A stretch of 64,000 nucleotides of DNA from Setoptus koraiensis (Eukaryota; Animalia; Arthropoda). Positions within the stretch are counted from its first letter, which is position 1, and each line of letters opens with the position of its first letter. This document shows, one piece after another, positions 23,740-37,990 of this stretch. The notes beneath the pieces are model-generated. The model did not search any database, was not told the DNA's origin, and saw nothing but the letters and a program-made list of their open reading frames with translations. The stretch spans positions 11,780,001 through 11,844,000 of the forward strand of contig CM106586.1 in NCBI GenBank assembly GCA_048013815.1. Direction: 5' to 3'. A program made the translations under genes and the position numbers.

Positions 23740-26700
23740 CTATCCAATTTGTTGTTGTAGCCAGTGGATGACAGGTGGTGTAAGACCGAAAGTTTCCCAT
23801 AGTTAAGATTGCAACCTCAAATGACAAATATCCCGTGGAAGAATCCAGGTGGCAAATGTTTTGTTTTCAATTTATCAACACAACCTCAATTCAATCAATT
23901 GATTTGTTCAGCAAGTCATAGGTCAACAGTGTTCTGCACCAGAGCAATTGTTTTTTTCCGATGTTTGTTATCCATAAATAACGTAGATTTTTCGGCATTT
24001 GTGCAACCTGTTGTTTTTACTTTGTGTACATTCAGATTGTTAGCTCAGGCTAAGGCCGTGTCATTTGCATCTTTTTTGCTTGGGTAAATGTCATGGTCTT
24101 ACAAACTCAAGCACGCAGTTGTGATATATTTCACTTGAAGTTTCCAGAATATTATATTCATGATGACGCGGATATGATTAGATGCTTTCGTATGAAGGAG
24201 AAAAAAAAAAGAAACCCGATCTGTGTATCTCTGATACACATTTGTTGACTTTCATAATACAAGTTAATATTTATGTAGCATTTGAGTGGTGTAAATCTGC
24301 GTCATCAATCAATCAATCGACTTTTTTGAGGCTTGTGTGTCTTGTTGTCCATAATGCTGTGGGTACACAAACATTTATAATTGAAATGTTCTCCGGAGAG
24401 TTGATTCTTTTTTTTCTTTTGTGCAAGCATTTGTTTGTTTGTTTCTAAACTGACCAGCGTGTTGGCGTAATGCCGCCGAGGAGCACGATAGATGAGGGAG
24501 GCAATCAAAAAAAGTTTCGCCCATGCTATGCTTTCAGTCGCCATGGTTGTTCTTCTCATTATTGATAATTGATACTAGTGGTTGGTCAATGTATTTGGAT
24601 GATAATCAAGGAAGGAGCAACGTTTGCAGTGATAATGGTTCAACTTGGTATTGATATCGATAGCTCGATGATGCTGGCCTCCCATGATTATGTAACTAAC
24701 TTTTTCACTGGGTGAAGTTGTTGTTGTGGTTGTTTCATCGGTCAGCAAAACTCTTTCTCTATTGTGCATGTAAATGATGGTTCATTGAAAACTTCAAAGA
24801 AAAGATAGAGGAAGCGAGAGAAAGAGAAGGGAAAAAAGTTTCCATACTCTAATGAAAACAACAATCGTGCAGCTTATCCAGTGTGTTTAGTTGGTTGCTT
24901 TGGCCAAATATACCCCAATAGACATTAGTTTGTTCTTTGGCGTATGTGTGGTGGCGATGACTCGCGCTCAGCACATGTTGCGTAACGGTGTCTAGACAAC
25001 TGTTTAACAACAAAACAATTATTAGATTTGGATCACACACACACACACACACACACACACTACGGCTGCTGTGATAGCGAACACAATTGGAGAATAGATT
25101 TCATCGTTGCTTCGATCAATCTATGCAATTGATCAGCTTGCGTAACAGCAAGCTTTGCGTTTCTTTCATTCTTTTCATTCGTTTTTTTCGACCGCTTGCC
25201 CCTGGCAAATACCAGCATGCTATCAATCATCACTTTCGGGTTCTTGGTCAACCGTTTAGGCGTGCTTTCCGTTCGGGAACAAATCAATTCTCTGCAATAG
25301 TGATTAAAAGAAGCGACTATTTATAGCCAAACAATATAGCTACATATTCACTGTATTACGTCAATGCAGGCTCGTCAAGCGACCAATCGCCGCCATCGAC
25401 ATGTTCCATAGAATCAGCTCAATTTCCGTCGCTCATCTATCGCACCTAGACATTTCTCGGTGTTTCCGTCTATCTCAATTGGCGTTTTAGAATGATTTCA
25501 AAAAACAAAAATAATTTCCTATTCTCTGCCCATTGCTGAGTCAGATGGTAGACACAAGTAGAGCTCTGTGACACATGAGTTATGGATTCTAACAATTTTG
25601 TTACAAATGCTTTTTGTTGTAAAATTGCTCGTCGGGCCAATCGGTCAAGGGGCAGCCAGGCGCTGACTGAAAGCGGCCTCGTGATACATGTGGCTTCATA
25701 TATTGTTCTAGCTGGAGTTACATAGATTACAAATTGTTGAAAGCATTCGACAATTGTTAGTGCGTATAGATCTTATCATAGGAGGACGCTCTCATGTTTT
25801 TGTTGCGCCGATCATATCTGCGAATATCTTTTGAGAAAACGAGAGCGAGAGCAACAGTTTTGAGTCTAGTCAGAGAACAAATCGCAATCACACAAAGAGC
25901 ATCTGATCAGTTCTAAAAGTCGTTCACAGTCGGTCAGCGACCGAACCCATAGGCCTCTTGAGGTGTGCATCGGATGTCCAAAGAACCGATTGATACAAGA
26001 GTTACATGCAATGTCCACATGTGGTTACTCCGAGTGTGTCCATTGTCTCGGTATGTATAAACTCTAATTGTGTTTATAATTATTGTGCAACTTACTAAAG
26101 GCCGATTACGGAGAGCATTAATAGAAACTAATTGTGACGACCGCTAACAAAGATGAAACTACAGATCCAATAATTATGATTAAGGCCGCAGCAACAACAA
26201 CAACATGTGTGTATATAAACTCGCGGGTAACAAGCGGTAAACGAGACCACCGCCATATCGATCATTGTAAATTGCTACCACCACTAAACAAAGCCAGTTC
26301 ATCATATCAATTGCAAGCAATCGAGGATCGTGATGTAATTGATATCGATCAAGTGTTACATAATTGATTGTTCGTGTGCAAAAGATTTGCTTTTGCTCTT
26401 CTTTTGTTTTGTTTTTGTTTCCATTTGGTTAGTTATGCTTGCGTCTTGCTGAACCGTCCGTTTGTTACACAATAATAACGCTGTAACAAAGTTAACAAGT
26501 GCAGCCAAATGTTCTCTACGTCAGTGATCTCCCTCTTTCTTTATTCTTAAATTGTCTCTAGTCCACGACTAAATGCACCAGCAGACACACACACACCGAT
26601 GTAACAATAGCACAATAGCAACCAGATATCAGAGCGTCTCGTTTCCAGCTAAGTTGACCGGTGAAAGCTTCGCTCTTGTTGTTACTGCTGTAAATTTTTG

Positions 26701-29543
26701 ATAAATTACTCCAAGTTGTTGCTGTCTCAAACTTGTTACGGAGATGGTGGTCGCTCCATCAGAATAACTGCAGATCAACCGAATGGACGAGACCGATCAG
26801 AGCTGCAACCACAAATTGCCACCACATTCACTTCATGACTTTGCCAAATGACCAAATCATTGCAAACATTACCGCTGACGCAATGTCCGTCCGCCCGTCC
26901 GTCTATCGGCTTTAGATTGGCGTAAAATCACTGAACGGCTGGTCAATATATTGCTCGAGATAGTTTTTAGGATGGCTCGCTGGCTTGAGTGGCGACAGAG
27001 GACGCTATTTGGCAAGTCAGTGATCTTTAACTAGTCACCATAAATACTAATACTACGCCAAGAGGATTAGCACAATTTCAAGTTTGACCTGTTGTTTCCT
27101 TTATGTGTTTGTGTCTCGATTACTGCCAATAACAAATTTATTATGGATTCTGTGTAGCTCTTTAGATTTTCCGTCGGTCGCTTTCGGCCAACACTTGTGG
27201 CTGCCCAATCTGGCTACAAACTGGCCCAGATAGTGACAGGCAGACACTGAGGACAGAAATATTTAAATCATTTTGTAATTGTGATAACAATAATAAAGTA
27301 CTGGCCGTTTCTATTGACATGAGTAATAAAAAAGAACAACAGCCTGGACTCTCGACTACATAACTGCAGCTACAACACCGGAGCGCATTGCAGGTAGAGC
27401 CGCATCGAATGCGGAGATGAAAGTGATTCTTTTTTCTCGTGATATCATCTCTATTTCTCACTATATGCCACTATATATATGCTAGATGTGAAGAGAGAGA
27501 GATCTATACTCTTTTCGTCGTTAGTTGGTCACTCTCTGAGATTATTGTTATCGTTATTAGTGGCAACACTCAGCTGTAGAGCGCCGGCATGTAGTTTTGT
27601 AACAACAATATTTGCCCCATATTTGATTTAACTGCTGTCAACGTCAATCAGTCATGTCTCTCTGTTTTATTGTTAACTGCGAGTATACGGTCGTTATGAA
27701 ACAGCCAACAACAACAATAATAAATAATAGTAATAATAATAATAATAATTTTACTCTTCTTCGCAAATGAGAATGCAGAAACTTGACTGGCATTAACCGC
27801 TGCTCAAGTTAAACTGTTGCTATTGTTGCCGTTGCCGTTGCCGTTGCCTTTGCTGTCCGAACTAAACAAGACTATCGCAATTGGCCATCACATAGCCACA
27901 CAGATTGACAAGCCCTATGTTACATAATGTTGCTGTTGTATTAATAGACCATCTAGTTGTTTTATGAGTACCCACTAGCTTGAGTGTGTAACAATGCAAC
28001 ATGACATAACATAATATGAACTAACAGCAAGTGCAAGTATTCTCGTTTTGAAGCTCAAGCACCAGTCACTTCTCGCTTGCCGCCAAGATATGCTCGTAAT
28101 GCTTATGACGCCGGCTGAAAGTATATTTATAAATGCAAGAGGGAATGATTTTTTAATAGTTGACAAGTTCAGCAACAAATATCGCTATGCAAGACATTGC
28201 TGGGCCAACAAGCGATAACAGATAGCTCACATTGCATTTAGATTTGCAGCCACAGAGTCGAATTTCTCAATGGGCGAGCCAAATGTGGACAGCTTTTTAT
28301 CTCATAAGATTGAGTGATTGGAGGCTCGTTTAATTTCGTGCTCTTTTCTTTTCGCAAGTTGCTGCCTGTCTGTCTAGCTCTCAGTAGGTGCCAAATACAC
28401 AATCAAAAGAGGCCAGCCACTCCATAGGTGTGTAACGTGGTGTAAAATCATCATTGTATCAAACAAAAAACATAACATATAAATAGTTGAGCGTTTGGGA
28501 GGAATGCCAATGCAATGTGATGTTGATGATGCAACCAATTTAGCTCTTATTGTATCTCTCTCTCTCTCTCTCTCTCTCTGTCTGTCTCTCGCAACTTGAA
28601 AAAAGTTAATGAGATCAATCAGTCTAATTGGTTATGCGTCTTCGCTTGATGTGTTTCTTGCATGTTGTCTCCTTTTGTGTCGCCCATTGGTAACATTCAA
28701 CCAATTAGCTGATTGTGAAAATAGTTGACCGATGATGACGAAGACAACACCACTGGAATTTCTCTCTCTCTATTAACGTCTGCAACAAAAGAGGCTTTAC
28801 AATATCGATCTTTGCTTCAAGTGAGAGAAAAGTCTCGCTGTCTCGTTGGAGATCCTCTTGTTCTACTTTCATCTATCGCTGGCCGCTATACCTTATACCG
28901 TAAGTGATCTAGATAATCCAGCCACGAAGGGAAGAAATCACAATTCTCTGTAGTTTTTGATTTGATTGCACCATTGCATTTGCATCATTAAAATGGTCAG
29001 CAAACATTAATCACACAGGGATACAGGAAAGTTGTCGTTGCTAGACGCACCGATGTTGCACCTCGTTCATTGCACCATTGATAACGCTCACGGATGGTTT
29101 GGATAAGATTAAGATTAAAAATAATAATAAGTATTAGTATTTCCGTGATTTGTATAATAATGGCATTATTTTTGTGTGTGTGTGTGTTATTGCACACCTA
29201 ACATTGGATGATAATAATTTATCATCATAATGTGATCCGTGAGTCCCCACATTATCGACCATCATCGATGTGCCGACTCAGCTCACTAATCCCGCTATCT
29301 TGTTCTTCCGTGATTGCTGTCGCTACAATAACTTTGCATCCATGAAGAGCTATTGCAATAAATAATGCACCATATTCACTGTCTTTTTTTTGTCTTAGAA
29401 ACAAACTGCCTGTTTGTGAAATGCGATTTTAATTAAAAAAAAATCGGATTCGCAAATATTCCGATAGCAGTTATACGATACCACGGTTCACCAGTTCAGC
29501 GATGATATTGAGGATAACGTTTGATCTACTTTGCAGATTCGGT

Positions 29544-29583
29544 TTACATGTCTGATCGCTAGTTACATGTCTGATCGCTAGTT
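29544..29583. repeat. 19-bp tandem duplication (TTACATGTCTGATCGCTAG x2)
   Basis: Exact direct copies at 29544-29562 and 29563-29581. Confidence 0.9.
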
Positions 29584-32331
29584 GCACGGAGTACCTAATC
29601 AATTCGGACGGATTACTGTACCTTACTTTACCATTCGTAAAGAATCGAGAAGAGAGAAAAATGTGCAAAGTACGCAAAAACGAGGACGAGGTCACCAGGG
29701 CAGGCAAAACAAACAGACAAACGGATGAAAGTTCTTCGCGAACAAATTTCACTGATCTTAATTGGTAGAGTCTTACACGGAACACTCGCGATTTTTTGAG
29801 ATCATTTCAGAAGTTCATGCCGAGGCCTCGTCAATTATGGGCACGCGTCCGTTTTTTGCGACATTTTGGCTCGAACACAAAATTTTATTTCAATTTGTCA
29901 CATTGTTGCGTCTTGGCTTGAGGGAGGAATGCGCATGATGGAATTTTTTGGAAGCTGGATATCTAGAAAACCGGAGATTATTTTTAGCAAAAATTTCTAA
30001 CATATTCAAACTCGGATACTAATACTTTTGTGAGGTCCGCCCGGAAAGTAGTGCGTTCGGTTGTGGTCAATGCACACAACAAGGTGTGGTGCGTCAAAAC
30101 ATAGGCAACATTTCAGGTGAGTGGTTGGAAAGAAGGACGAGCTGTTCACTGGACGACGGGGCCAAGCTTGATTTGTCTTCCGTTGTGAGTCATGAAACGC
30201 CATGCGGCCCGAAGAGGCAGCAAGATTTTAAAATAAATCGGCTTTTCTTCCGATGCTAACTACCTCATTTTCAGGTACATGTGTATTTCGGAGGATTTAA
30301 AGGATTGTCTCATTTTTTAGGGTTGTTTTTTGCCTGGAATCTTGCGAAATGAGTAACAGTACAGAGTGTATGCTCGAACGTGCGCGTTTTTGCCGCAAAA
30401 CTTGGACCAGAGCTGCTCTTTTTGCTGTATGTTGCCGTGGCTGTCATTCGATAGCGAAAAGCGGTTCGCTTCGCGGCACAAAAGTTGCACTAAAACTTCG
30501 GCTTGCACTAAAACTTGGAAATTCGCACTGATGAAAATCAGTTGCAGGACGACAATCTTTCAGAGCAGCCAAGAAAACAGCAGAAAAGAATTGATTTTTG
30601 GGCTAACGTTGTGCGCGCAAATAGTGAAATTCGGGCACAGTGGACAGCGTCGGTAAAACTGTCAAAAAGCCAATTTGCAAACCTGTTAACTAGTGGAACG
30701 ATTATGACGATTGCGTTTGATTGTTTTGCAGCGACAAAAAGGCTGCTTTTTGCATCTTGATGTCTCTCGATATAAACTGACGCGGTATGATGCTGCGGCC
30801 ACCTGTCGGCCGGCTTGATCGGCGGAGTTGATGGCGGCTGTGCGAGGCCGTAAAACTGTCAACCGGCTAACAATTGTGGGAAAGTTGCCAAAAATGCTTC
30901 AAAGTGGCCGTTACAGATGGACGGCCGATGATAAATGAGACAACTTAAGCGTGGTGAGAGTGTTCGCACAACGCAGTGGCTCACGCCGAAGTGGCGTAAT
31001 ATTGCATAGTAATAACGGCAAGCAGAAAGAGTTGCGAAGACACTGAGTTGTTGCGCTCGAGCGACACAAGTGCAATAATGCGACTATCGCTCAACGTTGC
31101 TAGCAATGAAATTTAATCAGCTCACACACTATTAGAAATCAAGAGAGAGAGAGCACACGGCCCTTAAATATGACAGCACCCTTTTACTTTGTTTACTGGC
31201 GTTTAATCATCGCGAGTGCCTAATCGCGGACACTCGACAATTGCGAGTGGAAAAATCTCATTAAATCGCATTAAATCTCAAGAGAGCGTATGTGCGATCA
31301 ACGGAGTGCTCGCTCGTCTCGTTGGCGAGCTCGCAACTGTCAGTGGGGGCGGACAAGCGGGCAACTGTTACACATTGTGTGACGTGACAACATGAGTTGT
31401 TTGCATTCTGCCGGCGAGTCGCTCGACGGTCGCTCGACGGTCGCTCGACGGTCGCACAATGCACGCCAACAACAGCGACAACAACGACAACAACGACAAC
31501 AGCGACAACAGCGTCAGCGACAACAACGACAACAAAGACAACGGTTGCGCTGATTACGCTGGGCAAGTGTCTCGATGACGACAATTTTCCATGACAGGCC
31601 TGTGAGCAGCGTGTAAAAGCGTTTGTTGGCTCTCGGCTGACTGCATGTATGCTAAATTTGTCCCATGTTGCCCATTGCAGTTGCCCGGTCACTTTCGGCT
31701 TGCGTCACATGGCGTCACATGGCGTCACACTGCAGACAGTGGCCGCTCAACAGGCTGTTGTGTCGAGAGAATCGACGGATATTCTTGCGCAACTTGTATC
31801 ACTCCTGACAGGACTCTCCTGTCAGCTCATTTGGCGTGTGTGTGTGTGTGTGTCAAGTGTATCAACTTTCGCCGAGACCGAACGCTGGACACTGGACACT
31901 TGGCTGCCGGCAAGCAGGCCAACGGTGGACGCCGGCCAGTGTGAGGGTATCAGCTGCGAGCCAGTAACGGCTGCGTTGGGCTAGCGCGACACTTGTTTGG
32001 CCGGGCGAGTGGGGCCCGCGCAATCGAGGGCACGGCTCACATTGTATGCAAATATGAGTGCGTCTTGCCCGAGGTCATAAACTGGACACATAGCCGCAGT
32101 GCCGCAATGACAATGCTGCCGACTTTGCTGCCGACTTTGCTGCTGGCTTCAATGGCGACTTGGCCGCCTCTCGGCCGACGTAGCTGCAACTCGTTAACTG
32201 TAACGCTGACGGCTCTATCATAATCGTCATTATTATGCAACCCTGATATAACGCAGCCTAATGTAATATAAGCCCGCTGTGTGTGTGTTGCGGCCGTTAA
32301 TTGACTCATGAATATTTTGTTTCATTTGCGT

Positions 32332-32403
32332 TTCGTTCGTTCGTTCGTTCGTTCGTTCGTTCGTTCGTTCGTTCGTTCGTTCGTTCGTTCGTTCGTTCGT
32401 TCG
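32332..32403. repeat. (TTCG)18 microsatellite
   Basis: Perfect tetranucleotide run. Confidence 0.95.
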
Positions 32404-33691
32404 GGCCGGCCGCTGACGTTCGCAGACGTCCCTCGATTACGATGGTCGTCGTTCATCATCGCGCAGCAAAAATGATTCAAACGAGCCCCAAACATGACAG
32501 TAAGTGCGACGACAATTAGAACGCTGGTCAGCGAGTTGAACGCTCTAATAATATTAATATTAATTTGTTATCAAGCTGCACACACCTCGGCCCGCTGCTT
32601 GCTCTGTTGTACCCACAGGTACGGTAGCTGTTATACAGTAGCTGTTACGCTGTAACAGCAGGGCCTTGGGCATAGCTCATTTCAATTGTTTGTTGTGCCG
32701 GCATAATTAATTGGGCCATTTTTTGCGTGCGTGTGCTTGCTTGCGTCGTGTGTATCAATACCGATGCTCTCTTGTTGTTGCTTCGTTAATATTATCATTT
32801 CAAGATGATGTTACATAATAGGAATAATTTTGTTTGTTGTGCGACGCTTCCTCATATTGAAAGTTCGTCTGACAATTTGTGAGATCGGCGAGCGAATCTT
32901 GTGTTTTGAGCTTCTCGGCTGCCTCGTTGATTGTTGTTGGTCCATGTTGTGCCGCCACCGCCGCCATGACACAACAACACAGTTGCGTCATTCTCGAATT
33001 GCGTGCCATGCGCGAATTAGATCCACGGCTACCTGTTGTTGCCATTTGCAACCGCCGGCCTCTCTCTGTCTCTGTCTCATTTAGGCCCACTCAAACATCG
33101 CAGGCAGTGGCAACATCCAGTTTGGCAGTGTGGCGGCGCACGCATTTATCATTAAATTGAATTGGTCAACTGGTGGCCGGTCGGCAGCGGGCCACTGTCA
33201 TTGGCAGTCTGTCAACCGGCGAGACGTCTCTATTATCGCGCCTTGCTCATCACGAGCCGCGCACAACAACCAACGCCGGCCATCATGACGACGATCGTGC
33301 CGAATTAGCCGCTTATGTCGAATGCATAACGTATGCATATCGTGTTTATCGTGTTTGTCGTGTGTCGCTCGGCCAACTTTCCAGTGACGGGTCATTAGCG
33401 AGCAACTGCAGCGACGACCAAGTGACAACTATTGTCTTACGACTCACGTATGTCGCAAGACTCACGTAACGCAAGCCGGCCGGCCGCTCAATCAGCCGAC
33501 TCATCACCGGTAGCGCGAACAGTAACAACAACGCTTACGCAACAGTCACGCCTAATCAGCCATATCAGGCTACCGACTGCGTGCGCCACATTATTCACGC
33601 CTAGCCCGCTGGCCGGCTCAATTATGAGCGGGCCGGTTGCGTCCAGCGAGTCGCTTTGGCCACTCGGCGAAAAGAATGGCCGCAATTCTTT

Positions 33692-33725
<34 letters not shown>

Positions 33726-34539
33726 GTGGTCTGTAGGCTACGCAGACTGTAGGCTACACAGACAGTGGCTCGCTCGCATTACTGTAGCTTGGCCTACAGC
33801 TGATTGGCGACGGGCCCACAACAACAATTAGCCACTGTCCGCGCTACTCGCTGTGTGTGTGTGTGTGATACCAGCTGGTTGGCCCGGTCGAACCGCTTGC
33901 GCAAACGATAACAGCATCGACAGGTAAACTGAGCTAACTGGCCAAATATAAATTATATTATATAATTGTGTCTGCCAGTAATTACGCCTGTCCATACAAA
34001 GTATTGAGAGCATAATTGTGCGAGTATCGCGCGCCTCATGTCTGGCCAACTTGCCACTTAATTGCTCATGCTGCCACATGGACGCTGGCTGCAGCACAGG
34101 CGACTCATTAGTTAATGAGTCTCGATATCGGACGGGCCGTCGATGTTTAAAAGTGGCCGCTTCTAATTTGCATCCGTCGGCCAACAGTGTGTGAGTGTGC
34201 TGTTTGATTTGTTTTATTTTGTTCCTCTGACAACAACGACTGCCAATTGAGCGACTCGTCGGACGGCGGCGGCGCTAAATTGTTTACCAGTGTGCGGATA
34301 ACGTTGCAAGTTGCAACCATTAAGCGATATCCACCTACTATTACACGGCTATCACCTGGGTTCGATGATTCACTGATAGCCGAATCTAACGTCTAAATGC
34401 CGCCTGCTCAACGGATACGACCGGCGCATTACGCCGGCGCTATTTAAATCCGCAGATATGCATCGGTTCTATTTGCGGCCCTTGGCTGGCATACAATTCG
34501 CGCTCACACAATTTGTATCGTACAAATTGTATGCGCGCC

Positions 34540-34612
34540 TTGTGAGCGAATTGTGAGCGAATAGTAAGCGAATTGTAAGCGAATTGTGTGCGACTGGTGT
34601 GCGAATTGTGCG
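34540..34612. repeat. Degenerate 11-bp minisatellite (TTGTGAGCGAA-like, about 6 units)
   Basis: ttgtgagcgaa ttgtgagcgaa tagtaagcgaa ttgtaagcgaa ttgtgtgcgac tggtgtgcgaa. Confidence 0.85.
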
Positions 34613-35250
34613 AGCGCGAAACAACAGCGAGACAGCGAACGAGGAGACAGAAAATTGCGCTGCCGGCGCACGGCGGACACAACGAGCGATTACATAACAA
34701 TTATACATGCGTATGCAAAATAGGTTACGCTGCAAAGCGAATTTCGCTCCACCAGAAAGTGCTCTAAATCACGACCCGTGTGTGTGTGTGTGTGCGTTAA
34801 ACAAAGGTCATGTTGGCTCACTTAACGTGGACTTGGTGCGTCGTGAAGCGCTCGAGTGGCTCAATTAGGCATCAACCGGCTGACCGTCGAGCGCAGTCCG
34901 GCATCGCATGTAAATTCAACTGTCGATACTTTTATGACTATTATATTGCCGCGATAATATCGACGTATGCGTATATCGGCTGCGAGCTTGAGGCCGCCGC
35001 TCGCAGCACCAGTCGGCAGTGGGCATGATAAACCGACAATTGGCAACTGCAAATTGAGATGGATTGCTTGGCGGCGCTCACGCCATCGTCGCGGCGAGTC
35101 CACACGCCGCCGCTCCGCGAGCTGCAAGCTCGCGGAGCGGCGGCACAAGATTCTCGGGCCGGCCGGCCTCCGAATTGGCCGATATGGCCTGACGCGAGAA
35201 CTGACAGTGTGTCTCTGTCGTTGGCCGGTCGGTCGGTTGGCCGGATGGCC

Positions 35251-35300
35251 GGTCGATGCGATGGCCGATGCGACGGCCGATGCGACGGCCGATGCGATGG
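35251..35300. repeat. 12-bp minisatellite (GGCCGATGCGAY, about 4 units)
   Basis: Direct tandem units seen. Confidence 0.8.
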
Positions 35301-36417
35301 TGGATGCGCACGGACAAAGGGCTGCGTGCGCTTGTTTCAGGAGCAGAGAGAGCCGAGAGGTCCGACGACAACACTTGTCGAGCCGCCGGCCAGAGCGCAG
35401 CGCAGATTGGGAACACACACACACACTCGCATAATAATGTTACATAATAATAACAATACTAATAATGATAAATGATCATTATATTGATGATGGTTTTATT
35501 CTGTTGCTTTGTGAAGAGCCGTTTACTCTTGGCCCGGTCGCCGCTTTGTTGTGCGCTCAATGTGTGCCTGCCAGCCAGCCAGCCGGCCGGCCAGCTCCAC
35601 ATTTCGGCCCGGCCGAAATAGTTGGCCGGTCCGAGCTCAGGTGAACATTGCGCAACATGCCATGGCAGCCATGGCAGCGGTATGAAACATGAATTGGCAC
35701 TTGCAATTGTGTACCGACGTGTGTGTTTGTTTGTCTCGTTCTCGCTTTATCTCTGGACGATCTGGCCACACACATTCGCTCTATGGCCACACATTCGCTG
35801 GCCAGTGAGCGTAGCCAATGGCGGCCGACACCTGTAAATGTGAGCGCACGCAAGCCTCAAATCTTGAACTTGCTCCATTAGGCCCGGCCACCGGCGACCA
35901 GCGCCATTGTGACCGACAGGACCTCACATACATACAATATAATATGATATCGCGCGCGGCCTATAAGCCGATATTATTAATGAATAACGATCATTGCATT
36001 TAGATGCTATTGGTCGGGTTTAATTAGACTTTTGTTTGGCCGCTCTCTGTCCAGCTCTCTGTCCTGCCGTCTATCCTGCTCTGTGTGCCCGTCCGTCGCT
36101 TGCGGTTATTCGGGCCGCATTCACTTCCTGACGCCGCTGTTGTCATCTAATTTATGATGAACGACGATACAGAAATGATACTGACAACAACGGCCTGCGC
36201 CAATGTTACGTACCCATGAATGAGTAATGGTTAACTGCTTGGTGTCACACACACACACACACACACACATGACAAGACTTTCGTTAAAACAAAACACTAT
36301 GCAAATAATAATATTTGTTTGCTCAGTCAGCACCGTGCTCGCTCAACAAACAGCAAACTGCCCCAACACACACAGCGCATCAGGTCCGCTATTTGTCGAC
36401 TGTCGACAGTGGACGCT

Positions 36418-36490
36418 CGACCGTCCACTGCCGACCGTCCACTGCCGACCGTCCACTGCCGACCGTTGACTGCCGACCGTCCACTGCCGA
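36418..36490. repeat. 14-bp minisatellite (CGACCGTCCACTGC x5)
   Basis: Five tandem units; one has a 2-nt variant (cgaccgttgactgc). Confidence 0.9.
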
Positions 36491-36915
36491 CTGCTGATGA
36501 CGTAATGGTTAGAGTTCATTCTCAGGCTCGCTCGCCGGCCAGCCAGCCAGCCAGCCTGTTGCGTATAGCAGGTATGTTGTTGCATGACAGCGCCTGTCAG
36601 TGAGAGTTGCCGTTGTCTCTTGATTGCGCTCAACGCAAATTGTTGTTGCCACCAACGGCAACTACAATCCGCCAACCAACAATCAATGGCGCTTATTGGC
36701 CTTCTCGGCCAATTTGTAGCAACAAATTCGCCTATGTCATGTGTTATAAATATAACCGAGCCAGCTCATTCATGTGTGTCATTCGTGTGTGTGTGTGTGT
36801 GTGTGTGTGCGTTCATGTTACGCAACACGACCAAAAGATAAACACGGCCATTTGCATAGCCAATAGCTGTCAGACATATTCACACGGTTCCCCCGCGCTT
36901 GCCGTTGTGCGTCGT

Positions 36916-36955
36916 CTGGTGTGAGTCTGGTGTGAGCCTGGTGTGAGTCTGGTGT
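36916..36955. repeat. 11-bp minisatellite (CTGGTGTGAGT, about 3.5 units)
   Basis: Direct tandem units seen. Confidence 0.85.
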
Positions 36956-37892
36956 CCCGAGATGACCATTACGACCTGCGCATGCTGACCAACAAAACAA
37001 ACCGAGTGTACGCGCCACTCGACGCTGCCCACAATGGTCTTGTGTGCGCAGTGCAGGTATGCAAAACACTGACCACTAGCAACTGGTGCTCGCAAGTGTC
37101 CGTTCCCACCGTGTCTATCCAGCGGGCCAGCCAGCGATCGACACACAAGTCACAAATTATCGCGGCCACCACCACTGGCCAACATTACATAACAAACAAC
37201 TGGCAACGCACGACGCAGGCTAAAGGCCAGCTAAGCGTAACCAATAACCTGTTGCAGTGTGGCCAGAGCCAATTCGGGCGCCCAACTCCGATTGTGCGCT
37301 CCTTTGTATTAATACATGTTGCTGCACAGTTAAATACCTGTCCGTGCGCATTGTGGTGCACTGGTCGTGAACTGCAATGGCCACATGTTTCAATTGGACT
37401 CGATATATTTATGTTTGGAATCGGAATGGATATGTGTGTGTGTGTGGAATCAGAACGGCCATACATGTGGCCGGTCCACGGTGCGTTTGTGTGAGAGCCG
37501 CAGCAATGAAAATTAAATAGATTGCACGGCTCCCCTTGATTATTGACTGGCGCTTTGAGTGCCCATTTGAATACTCAATTCGCACAAGCTATCGCTTACA
37601 TTCTGATATCGGCCCGCGATGTTAATTCTGCCCGCAACTGCTGACACCACCGTTGGCAAGCGCACTCCGATTTACATTCGGGCAGCCAGCGAGAAGCCGT
37701 GGAATATTTCGATTGCATGCTTTGCCCGCTGGTGGTGCTAGGCAACCATTGCCTGCAATTGTGTGTGTGTGTGTGCAAAATCACAGCAACAACTAAATGA
37801 AATAAATGAAAAAAGTATCATGAAAACAAATCTCAGCGCTCACACACGACAACCAAGAATCAGAGCCTGATTACCAGACGATAAACAGCTTG

Positions 37893-37990
37893 CTCCGTTC
37901 GGCTCCGTTCGGCTCTGTTCGGCTTCGTTCGGCTCCGCTCGGCTCCGCTCGGTTCGGCGCGGATCGGCGCGGATCGGCTCAACGCGGCTC
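37893..37990. repeat. Degenerate 10-bp/5-bp repeat (TTCGGCTCCG-like)
   Basis: ccgttcggct ccgttcggct ctgttcggct tcgttcggct ccgctcggct ... ggatcggcgc ggatcggctc. Confidence 0.8.

Noticed and set aside
29735-29820. bantam-like TGAGATCATTTCAGAAGTTCATG
   Set aside because: About 17/23 match to bantam, but the putative 5' arm pairs only at its ends, the loop would be about 36 nt, and it lies in a TE-like block.
34346-34382. 9-bp perfect hairpin CGGCTATCA...TGATAGCCG as a Helitron end or terminator
   Set aside because: Isolated, with no convincing CTRR terminus or other supporting context.
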